DNA of 37,362 nucleotides from a virus: IMG/VR virus record IMGVR_UViG_3300045988_106398; one strand, 5' to 3'. Shown piece by piece: positions 31,192 to 37,362 of this stretch (position 1 is its first letter; each line of letters starts with the position of its first letter). The notes under the pieces were generated by a model. It saw only the letters and a program-made list of their open reading frames with translations, ran no database searches and was not told where the DNA came from. The position numbers and the translations under genes were made by a program.

Positions 31192-31468
31192 TTACATCGA
31201 CCTGACTCTCTTTAAACCCGAACTTGACAAATCCATGCTCGTACGTTGCTTTCTCCTTGTCGTACTTTGATACATCTATGCCACGTCTGATCATCTCTTC
31301 CCACGCAAGGTCAAAGAGTTTTTCTTGATTCAAATAGAGCCAAATCCCGCTTTTCTCATCATTCGTTCTGTAAGCGGTACCGTGCGAATCAAAAATTTGA
31401 CTCGTATCATTTCTAAGTTTCTGATATGTAATAAGCGGCATTGTTACCGTTCCTTCTAACTGTTCCAT
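31184..31468 (-). CDS. Hypothetical protein
   Basis: 94-aa ORF with RBS AAAGGAGTGG. Confidence 0.6.
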   Translation of the reverse strand: MEQLEGTVTMPLITYQKLRNDTSQIFDSHGTAYRTNDEKSGIWLYLNQEKLFDLAWEEMIRRGIDVSKYDKEKATYEHGFVKFGFKESQVDVNA

Positions 31469-31485
31469 TGATTTCCACTCCTTTT

Positions 31486-31728
31486 TTACAATCCCAAAAG
31501 ATGATTAGTTAAGGCCATTACTGCGTTGTAGGTATCGATTTCTTCTTTTGTAAATTCACAATCCCCTGTTAAATGTGCATGGATTTTTTTACAAATATCA
31601 GACGCTATAGTAACTACAATAATAGACTTTTCGTCATTAAGCCCACGTTCATCACATACAGCACTCACTCCCAGTACGATGAGCATCTTAATATCACTTA
31701 ATGACAATTCATATTTCTTTTCTTCCAT
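31486..31728 (-). CDS. Hypothetical protein
   Basis: Start reassigned to MEEKKYEL, preceded by GGGAGGAAAG. Confidence 0.55.
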   Translation of the reverse strand: MEEKKYELSLSDIKMLIVLGVSAVCDERGLNDEKSIIVVTIASDICKKIHAHLTGDCEFTKEEIDTYNAVMALTNHLLGL

Positions 31729-31812
31729 TGACTTTCCTCCCAAAATCTTCTAAACTTAAATTGTCTAATTTGTTGAGTACCCGAGCTTGCCGGCTCATGT
31801 GGGTGCTCTTTC

Positions 31813-32007
31813 TTATAGTAAAATTGATGCTGCTGTAATTTCTCCAACTAAAACCCCTAGCATTGTGAGTATCACCATCACACCGCCTGTCATCACTCTT
31901 CGAAACAGCAACTCATCTCGAAACTCTTTTACTGCCAACTGATTCTTCAATCTTCTCTGTCTTAACACATCCGAGCGTTCGAACTGCATCACCTTGATTT
32001 CTTCCAT
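31813..32007 (-). CDS. Small membrane-anchored protein (64 aa, C-terminal TM)
   Basis: Start reassigned to MEEIKVMQ, preceded by TAGGAGGTG. C-terminal TM VMVILTMLGVLVGEITAASILL. Confidence 0.5.
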   Translation of the reverse strand: MEEIKVMQFERSDVLRQRRLKNQLAVKEFRDELLFRRVMTGGVMVILTMLGVLVGEITAASILL

Positions 32008-32009
32008 AG

Positions 32010-32183
32010 CTACACACCTCCTACCAAAATCATCTGCCCTACAATCCCGACGACAATTATCGCCAGTACCAAAAGAGCCATTACGCAAGCTGATCTCTTC
32101 TCCTTACGCAAATATTTCTCATGTCTGTTTCGGATTCTTCTTTTCTCCCAATCAGGGAGTGCTTTTCTTCTGTTCCAGTTCAC
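32010..32183 (-). CDS. Small basic membrane-anchored protein (57 aa, GTG start)
   Basis: My own translation: (M)NWNRRKALPDWEKRRIRNRHEKYLRKEKRSACVMALLVLAIIVVGIVGQMILVGGV. RBS GAAGGAGGTGA. Stop/start overlaps on both sides. Confidence 0.45.
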   Translation of the reverse strand: MNWNRRKALPDWEKRRIRNRHEKYLRKEKRSACVMALLVLAIIVVGIVGQMILVGGV

Positions 32184-32410
32184 TATGTATCACCTCCTTC
32201 TAATCGCTTTATCGCTTCTTCTCTACTAATACCGATATACCTTGCTACTTCCGTTATCGTAGATTCGTAGCGATGTTTCGCTTGTCCAGTCTTTGTAACT
32301 CGCCCAAACTTCCAAAATCCATTTTTAATGTTGTAACGGACTTGATTTACGCTACACCCTACTATCTTTGCGATTGCTGGTGCTTGTATGATTTCGCTCA
32401 CATTTGCCAC
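32183..32410 (-). CDS. HTH DNA-binding protein (excisionase/regulator-like)
   Basis: IAKIVGCSVNQVRYNIKNG is HTH-like. First gene of this block. The start may be the GTG at 32401, preceded by GAGGTGG. Confidence 0.55.
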   Translation of the reverse strand: MANVSEIIQAPAIAKIVGCSVNQVRYNIKNGFWKFGRVTKTGQAKHRYESTITEVARYIGISREEAIKRLEGGDT

Positions 32411-32509
32411 CTCGCTTTCTTCTAAATTCAGTGCACGGATACATTCTGATACTCTCTATGCACCTCTTTTTCTTTCTGCAATCATTGCATGTCATTTTGT
32501 TACACCTCA

Positions 32510-32538
32510 TTGCTCTTTGTTTTGTTATCTCCTATACT
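32510..32538 (+). promoter_or_regulatory. Plus-strand promoter (TTGCTC-17-TATACT) for the small Cys/His-rich gene
   Basis: -35 at 32510..32515, exact 17-nt spacer, -10 at 32533..32538. Confidence 0.5.
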
Positions 32539-32585
32539 TTAATTACCGAGTACCAGTCGGAATAATTATGAAAGGAGTGAACTAT

Positions 32586-32798
32586 ATGCAATTTTATTAC
32601 TTCAATGACAATACAGATGAACATGGTCGCCATGAAGTTCATACAGAAGAATGTACCTTCTGTCCGTCTATTGCAAATCGAACCTACATCGGCTATTTCG
32701 ATAATTGCAAAGATGCTATCCAAGCGGTAAAACGTGAACATCCATATAAAGATTTCGATGGCTGTTATTTCTGTTGTCATTCATGCCATAATGGATAA
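32586..32798 (+). CDS. Small Cys/His-rich protein (70 aa), oppositely oriented moron in the early region
   Basis: Start reassigned to MQFYYFNDNTDEHGRHEVH, preceded by AAAGGAGTG. The HEVH..EC..C...C.(9)...GCYFCC..CH pattern resembles widespread small metal-binding proteins of unknown function. Confidence 0.65.
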   Translation: MQFYYFNDNTDEHGRHEVHTEECTFCPSIANRTYIGYFDNCKDAIQAVKREHPYKDFDGCYFCCHSCHNG

Positions 32799-32816
32799 TG
32801 ATGGGCTGGCTTCTTG

Positions 32817-32990
32817 TCAGCCTTTCATCGTAGCATTCTTTTTATAAATTTCTCTCACAATCTCACATGCTTCATCCAAATTTTCCAATGTCATGTGGTT
32901 TTCAATCATACACCGAGATATGGTGTTACTTAAGGTTGCTTTCTTTTCCTCTTTAGAAACACTGTCAAGATTCTTTGCTTTCATCTCCAT
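32817..32990 (-). CDS. Small hypothetical protein (57 aa, MEMKAKNLDSVSKEEKK...)
   Basis: My own translation. RBS AAAGGAGAGTG. Directly downstream of the cro-like gene. Confidence 0.5.
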   Translation of the reverse strand: MEMKAKNLDSVSKEEKKATLSNTISRCMIENHMTLENLDEACEIVREIYKKNATMKG

Positions 32991-33008
32991 CACTCTCCTT
33001 TCTTTCTC

Positions 33009-33194
33009 CTACTCTAAGAAATAATCTACTGATACATCGAAGTAATCTGCTAGGATTTTTAGCTTGTCTACTTTTGGAGTACTTATCCCATCTCTCCAAT
33101 CATATAAAGTAGCCGTTGCGATACCAGTATCCTTTGCAACCCTATAAATTGTTTTGTTAGTTTTTCCCAACAACTCTGCGAATTTTTTGTACAC
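33009..33194 (-). CDS. Cro-like XRE-family HTH regulator
   Basis: LLGKTNKTIYRVAKDTGIATATLYDWRDG is an XRE HTH. Start reassigned to the GTG preceded by AAAGGTGGTG. Divergent from the cI-like gene. Confidence 0.8.
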   Translation of the reverse strand: MYKKFAELLGKTNKTIYRVAKDTGIATATLYDWRDGISTPKVDKLKILADYFDVSVDYFLE

Positions 33195-33209
33195 TTTTGC
33201 ACCACCTTT

Positions 33210-33356
33210 CCGTGATAAAATATTGAAAATATATCGGAAATATGATATAGTCAAGTTACCAGCTAGATTAAAACATATTTCCGAGATACGAAATCCGTTT
33301 TATATCACGGTTTTCTTTCGTATCTCTAATATATCACGGTTTTCTTTCATAGTCAA
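33210..33356. promoter_or_regulatory. Genetic-switch region: candidate promoters on both strands plus repeated operator-like motifs
   Basis: Plus strand: TTGAAA(33223)-17-TATAGT(33246). Minus strand: TTGACT(33351..33356)-17-TATATT(33328..33333) and TTGACT(33249..33254)-17-TATTTT. Inverted repeat CGGAAATATG at 33235..33244 / 33274..33283. Confidence 0.6.
33301..33348. repeat. Two perfect 19-nt direct repeats tatatcacggttttctttc (33301..33319, 33330..33348), candidate operators
   Basis: Read directly. An inverted partial copy ccgtgata lies at 33210..33217. The second copy overlaps the minus-strand promoter spacer and -10. Confidence 0.75.
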
Positions 33357-33399
33357 TACCGAATTGTGAAATTTTTCCGTTTTATTTTGGAGGCGTAAC

Positions 33400-33813
33400 A
33401 TGTATGAAAAATTTGAAACACTTTTAAAAGAAAATAATGTAACCCCATATAGGGTTCACAAAGAAACCGGTATATCCACAGCTACTCTTTCTGACTGGAA
33501 AAATGGTAAGAGCGAACCTAAAAAAGATAAAATCGAAAAAATATGCGACTATTTCGAGGTTCCTTTATCTTATTTTTATGGAAACGACACAGCTGAAGAT
33601 AAACCATCTCTCACGAAAAGAGATGCTAAACAAATAGAAGCCATTCTAAGTGATACAGAAGCATTGCTTAAGCAAGATGGTTTAATGTTTGATGGAAACC
33701 CAGCTACACCAGAAGCGATTGATTCCATATTGTCTGCCATGAAAATTGGAATGGAAATGGCTAAGCAGAAAAACAAGGAAAAGTACACACCTAAAAAATA
33801 TAAAAAGGATTGA
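33400..33813 (+). CDS. cI-like / ImmR-like XRE-family repressor
   Basis: N-terminal HTH (VTPYRVHKETGISTATLSDWKNGKSEP). RBS GGAGG. Followed by an overlapping ImmA-like gene. Confidence 0.85.
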   Translation: MYEKFETLLKENNVTPYRVHKETGISTATLSDWKNGKSEPKKDKIEKICDYFEVPLSYFYGNDTAEDKPSLTKRDAKQIEAILSDTEALLKQDGLMFDGNPATPEAIDSILSAMKIGMEMAKQKNKEKYTPKKYKKD

Positions 33814-34250
33814 TAATTATGAATATCAAAAAACGAGTGAATCAGATTGTCCAAAAATATGGTACACGGAATCCACTCGAAATTGCAGAAAGAATTGGTT
33901 GCATCATTGTTCGCTATCCACTAGATGGCGTTCGCGGATTTTATCATTACTTTCAACGTAATCATATTATTTATGTAGACGAACGACTTTCCGAGCAAGA
34001 TTTTATTTTTGTGATTGCTCATGAGTTGGGGCACTTGTTTCTGCATAAAGACAGTAATGCAATATTTATGGACACAAGAACAAATTTTGTAACAAATAAA
34101 TTTGAAATAGAAGCTGACCGCTTCGCTTTAAATCTCCTTATCCAAGATTCTGATATTGAAGAACATCTGGATTTTACTGCTGAGCAGTTTTCCAGATTGT
34201 TTGGATATCATAAAAAGATGATTGAGTTAAGGATGAAAGATTTTAATTGA
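33810..34250 (+). CDS. immA: ImmA/IrrE-family zinc metallopeptidase (anti-repressor protease)
   Basis: The HEXXH motif in VIAHELGHLFLH. About 146 aa. ATGA-type overlap with the repressor gene. Confidence 0.8.
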   Translation: MIIMNIKKRVNQIVQKYGTRNPLEIAERIGCIIVRYPLDGVRGFYHYFQRNHIIYVDERLSEQDFIFVIAHELGHLFLHKDSNAIFMDTRTNFVTNKFEIEADRFALNLLIQDSDIEEHLDFTAEQFSRLFGYHKKMIELRMKDFN

Positions 34251-34324
34251 TATAACCGCTACGGCGTTATATATAAAGGGCTGGTTACCCTAAAGATGTA
34301 AGTTAAAAAGAAAGGAAGATTCTT

Positions 34325-35866
34325 ATGGGAATAAGTGATATTTTCAAAATCAAACAATTCAAAGAAGAAATATCTAGTCTTAAAACTGCTAACTCAAAGC
34401 TCTGTGAAGAAAATCGTTCATTAAACAATAAATTATCTGAAATGGGTGCTTATGACTATTACAAAATAAAAGAAATGATTTCATCAGCTGAACAGGAACA
34501 CAAAAATAAGATTTCCGAATTTGAAATAGAATTCGAAAATATAAAAAAAACAAACGAATCCATTTTGGAAAATCGTATTTCAGCATTGAAACAACATTGT
34601 GAAGATTTGTCAAATAGAGAAATTGAATTAAATAATTTAACATCTCAACGCTCAGCCGAACTTTCAAAATTGATAAAGCAAGTAAAAACTCAGACAAATA
34701 AGCTTTCACGTTCTAAGGAATTAGTTAAAGCAGTTGATTATGTTTTAAGAGAATTCTTGAATTACGAACCTGCCCAATCAGCTATAAAATTAAAGTCTGA
34801 AGATATTGAAGATATCGAAGAATTTAGTCCATCTGTAATCCTAAAATTACATTGTATGGATGTAAAAGATTTGAGGAAAGCCTATAGAGAAAACGACAAA
34901 CAAATAAATTCCATTCTTGAAAAATACTCTGCTAGGTACACAACAAAAGCTAATCAAGCAATTTATAAATTAATGGTCATTGCTTTACGTGCTGAATTGC
35001 AGAATATTCTCTATAACTTAAAATATGAAAAACTAGAAAAATCTACAGATGACGTTAAAGCTGTCACAAAAAAATATTTAAAAATCGCCGCAGATGGAAA
35101 TCAAAGTATCGCCGGAACCCTTACAAAGTTTATCGGCGAAATAGAGTATCTTTTCATCAACGCTGTTAAAATCGAATATAATTACTATGTAAAAAAAGAA
35201 CAAGCAAGACAAGAACAGTTAGCTCTTCGCGAGCAAATGCGTCAAGAAGCAGAAGAACGCAAAGCACTAGAGGCGGAACGCAAAAAAGTGGAACGCGAAG
35301 AAGAAAAATATACAAACGAAATAAACAAGATTACAGAACAACTATCCTCTGCTAAAGATGGTGAACTTGAAAAACTTAAAGCAAGAATACTTGAGCTTCA
35401 ATCTCAGCTTGCTGATGTTGTGATTAAAAAAGAAGAAATTTCCACTCTTGCAAATGGAAAAGCTGGAAATGTGTACGTAATAAGTAATCTTGGTTCGTTT
35501 GGTGAAAATATATTCAAAATAGGTATGACAAGACGTCTGAATCCTCAAGATAGGGTAAACGAACTAGGAGATGCTTCTGTGCCGTTTAAGTTTGATGTTC
35601 ATAGTTTTATTTTCTCAGACGATGCTGTTGGACTTGAAAGTAAATTACATAATATCTTAAATGAAAAGCGAGTAAATAAAGTCAATATGAGGAAAGAATT
35701 TTTCTATACAACAATTGATGAACTTGAAACATTGGTGACCGAAATAGAGCCAACTGCTGAATTCAATAGAACTATGATTGCTGAAGAGTATAGGCAATCA
35801 TTATCTAGTACAGAAAACTATTCTTCTACTTTCCACTATGAAAATGGTGATAACGAAGAATACTAA
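34325..35866 (+). CDS. Long coiled-coil protein with C-terminal T5orf172/MUG113 (GIY-YIG-like) domain, DUF4041-like architecture
   Basis: The C-terminus GNVYVISN....NIFKIGMTRRLNPQDRVNELGDASVPFKFDVH..IFSDDAVGLESKLHN.L...RVN......EFF matches the T5orf172 pattern. The N-terminal ~370 aa are heptad-rich and charged. Confidence 0.75.
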   Translation: MGISDIFKIKQFKEEISSLKTANSKLCEENRSLNNKLSEMGAYDYYKIKEMISSAEQEHKNKISEFEIEFENIKKTNESILENRISALKQHCEDLSNREIELNNLTSQRSAELSKLIKQVKTQTNKLSRSKELVKAVDYVLREFLNYEPAQSAIKLKSEDIEDIEEFSPSVILKLHCMDVKDLRKAYRENDKQINSILEKYSARYTTKANQAIYKLMVIALRAELQNILYNLKYEKLEKSTDDVKAVTKKYLKIAADGNQSIAGTLTKFIGEIEYLFINAVKIEYNYYVKKEQARQEQLALREQMRQEAEERKALEAERKKVEREEEKYTNEINKITEQLSSAKDGELEKLKARILELQSQLADVVIKKEEISTLANGKAGNVYVISNLGSFGENIFKIGMTRRLNPQDRVNELGDASVPFKFDVHSFIFSDDAVGLESKLHNILNEKRVNKVNMRKEFFYTTIDELETLVTEIEPTAEFNRTMIAEEYRQSLSSTENYSSTFHYENGDNEEY

Positions 35867-35961
35867 GCAATAAAAACCGCCCGGTACTCCAATACCGAAC
35901 GGTAGACATACACCCGAAGATGTACACTTATTCTGAACAAATATATTGTATCATCTTCGGA

Positions 35962-36004
35962 AACACCCGTCAACGGAACATATTTTCGTTGGGTGTTATT
36001 TTTA
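35962..36004 (+). terminator. Intrinsic-terminator-like hairpin immediately upstream of the int RBS
   Basis: AACACCC(gtc)AACG-loop-CGTTGGGTGTT (11 bp with a 3-nt bulge), followed by ATTTTTAT. Confidence 0.6.
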
Positions 36005-36032
36005 TACCCAAAATTCAAAAGGAGATGATTTC

Positions 36033-37196
36033 ATGCCAAGAAAAAGAAAGAAATATCCAAAATTACCAAACGGCTACGGGCAAATTCGCTATTTAGGCTC
36101 TAATCGGCGCAATCCATATGGTGTTTACCCTCCGGCAACAGAAGAATACCCTAATGGACAGATGAAGCCACAGAAAGCACTCTGCTACGTTCCGGACTGG
36201 ACTACTGGCTTTGCGGTATTGACGGCATACAGAGCCGGCACATACATACAAGGAATGGAAAAGGATTTTGCAGAGATAAACAATGCACAGAACGCTGACA
36301 AGTTTATACAAAGCCTGCTTGCAAATTACAACTTAATGGAAGGAATTAAAAGTAAGTCAAACGAAAGTTTGAGTTTCAAGGAAGTTTTTTATAAATTTTA
36401 CAAAAGAAAGTTTGGGCACGAGTTTGATGAAAAAGTACAGAAGCGTAGTAGTTTGGAATATGCGTTCCGTGCCGGCTTTAAAAACTGCCAATCATTGCAT
36501 GACAGAATTTTTACTGATATCGTATCTGACGATCTGCAAGAAGTGATGGACAATTGCACGCTTAAACACGCCAGCGTCGAACATATACAAAGAGTTTTTC
36601 GTAACTTGTACAAATATGCCATTGCAAACGATATTGTAAAGAAAGATTACTCGGCGTTTATCGAAATAACACAAGATGATGATGATGAGCATGGCATACC
36701 GTTTTCAAAAGCAGACATAAAAAAATTATGGGACGAAAAGGAAAATGAAATTGCAGAGATGTTGATAATTATGTGTTATTCAGGTTTCAGAATAACAGAG
36801 TACAAAACACTGGAAGTAAATTTGAAAGAAAAATATTTCTTAGGTGGAATAAAGACTGATGCCGGAAAGGACCGTATAGTCCCAATTCACTCTGCCATTC
36901 TTCCGCTGGTTGTCCGAAGAATGAAAAAGAATAAAAAATTACTCCTAACATCCGATGTGCAGTTCAGGAAAAATATGTACGCTCTTTTAAGTGAACTCGG
37001 TATAGCGAAGCATACACCTCACGACTGCCGGCACACCTTTTCAAAATTATGCGAAGATTTTGAGGTGAAAGAAAATGATAGAAAGAGAATGCTCGGGCAC
37101 GCATTTAAGGATGTGACAAATAAAATTTATGGACACAGAGACATTGAAGATTTACGAACTGAGATCGAAAGAATAGTATCTCCTGATTTGTTGTAA
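36033..37196 (+). CDS. int: Tyrosine recombinase / phage integrase
   Basis: The C-terminal catalytic pattern HDCRHTF...LGH....T.KIYGH. Start reassigned to MPRKRKKYPKLPNGYG, preceded by AAAGGAG. Last gene before the terminal repeat. Confidence 0.9.
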   Translation: MPRKRKKYPKLPNGYGQIRYLGSNRRNPYGVYPPATEEYPNGQMKPQKALCYVPDWTTGFAVLTAYRAGTYIQGMEKDFAEINNAQNADKFIQSLLANYNLMEGIKSKSNESLSFKEVFYKFYKRKFGHEFDEKVQKRSSLEYAFRAGFKNCQSLHDRIFTDIVSDDLQEVMDNCTLKHASVEHIQRVFRNLYKYAIANDIVKKDYSAFIEITQDDDDEHGIPFSKADIKKLWDEKENEIAEMLIIMCYSGFRITEYKTLEVNLKEKYFLGGIKTDAGKDRIVPIHSAILPLVVRRMKKNKKLLLTSDVQFRKNMYALLSELGIAKHTPHDCRHTFSKLCEDFEVKENDRKRMLGHAFKDVTNKIYGHRDIEDLRTEIERIVSPDLL

Positions 37197-37219
37197 ATGT
37201 GTTGTAAACCGTTTTATTT
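37188..37219. repeat. 32-nt repeat tttgttgtaaaTgtgttgtaaacCgttttatt overlapping the integrase stop codon
   Basis: 30/32 identical to 104..135. The int TAA stop at 37194..37196 lies inside the repeat. Confidence 0.6.
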
Positions 37220-37280
37220 TATCCAATTACTAATTGTTATATTTTTCGATATTTCAACACTTAAAAACCCCGTGGTTGAC

Positions 37281-37362
37281 AGGTTTTCTATGAATTTGCG
37301 TCAACCATAAGGATTTTCGATAAACCTATTAATTTTAAATCTATGTAAAATAATTTTACATA
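37281..37362. repeat. Terminal direct repeat, copy 2 (identical to 1..82)
   Basis: Exact 82/82 match to window start. The repeat is truncated by the window edge, so its true length is unknown. Confidence 0.95.

Larger units (their letters stand above)
1..37362. mobile_element. Temperate tailed phage (siphovirus-like) genome or prophage, apparently complete
   Basis: Has integrase, cI/ImmA switch, recombination/replication, terminase, portal, capsid, tail and lysis modules. Identical 82-nt sequence at both window ends. Confidence 0.9.

Noticed and set aside
32388-32585. Upstream 66 codons of track ORF 32388..32798, and antisense ORF 32532..32780.
   Set aside because: The upstream part is hydrophobic junk that overlaps the HTH gene start and a predicted promoter. 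The Met at 32586 has a proper SD. The antisense ORF mirrors the Cys-rich gene and has no RBS.
33576-36692. Minus-strand ORFs antisense to the lysogeny genes (33576..33854, 34389..34709, 35342..35548, 36093..36311, 36398..36622, 36492..36692), and the plus-strand alternative-frame ORF 33746..33961.
   Set aside because: They lie inside the cI-like, ImmA-like, T5orf172 and int genes, which have clear motifs. They have no SD and low-complexity products.

Overview
The window looks like one complete temperate siphovirus-type phage genome, Firmicutes/Clostridia-like in gene content and ribosome-binding sites. The first 82 nt (1..82) are identical to the last 82 nt (37281..37362), so the unit length is about 37,280 bp. 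This is either a circularly closed assembly or a prophage cut exactly at its att repeats. Nearly all genes lie on the minus strand. Read right to left they are: a cro-like early operon (33194 down to about 22779) with small proteins, Sak/NinB/resolvase recombination genes, replisome organizer plus G39P-like loader, three HNH homing endonucleases, YopX, DUF551 and a PAPS-reductase-like gene; a late regulator (21993..22433); an insulated AT-rich two-gene cassette (20105..21744); a small ORF and a tRNA; and a tightly packed late operon ending in a lysis cassette. The late operon holds terS, terL, portal, a MuF-metallopeptidase fusion, thioredoxin, a Prp-like protease, scaffold, capsid, connectors, major tail protein, G/GT chaperones, tape measure, Dit, Tal and fibres. 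The lysis cassette holds XhlA-like protein, holin and amidase endolysin. The plus-strand lysogeny module at the right end holds a cI-like repressor, ImmA protease, a coiled-coil/T5orf172 protein and a tyrosine integrase. The best candidates for undescribed biology are: (1) the promoter- and terminator-insulated cassette encoding an unrecognisable 323-aa soluble protein plus a four-TM protein; (2) the lysogeny-module coiled-coil/T5orf172 protein; (3) a type I toxin-antitoxin-like unit inside the lysis cassette; (4) a MuF head protein fused to an HExxH domain with a translationally coupled small Cys-rich partner; (5) a phage-encoded Prp protease with LQLFA cleavage motifs on scaffold, capsid and also the major tail protein. 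All family assignments are by-eye motif recognition, with no database search.
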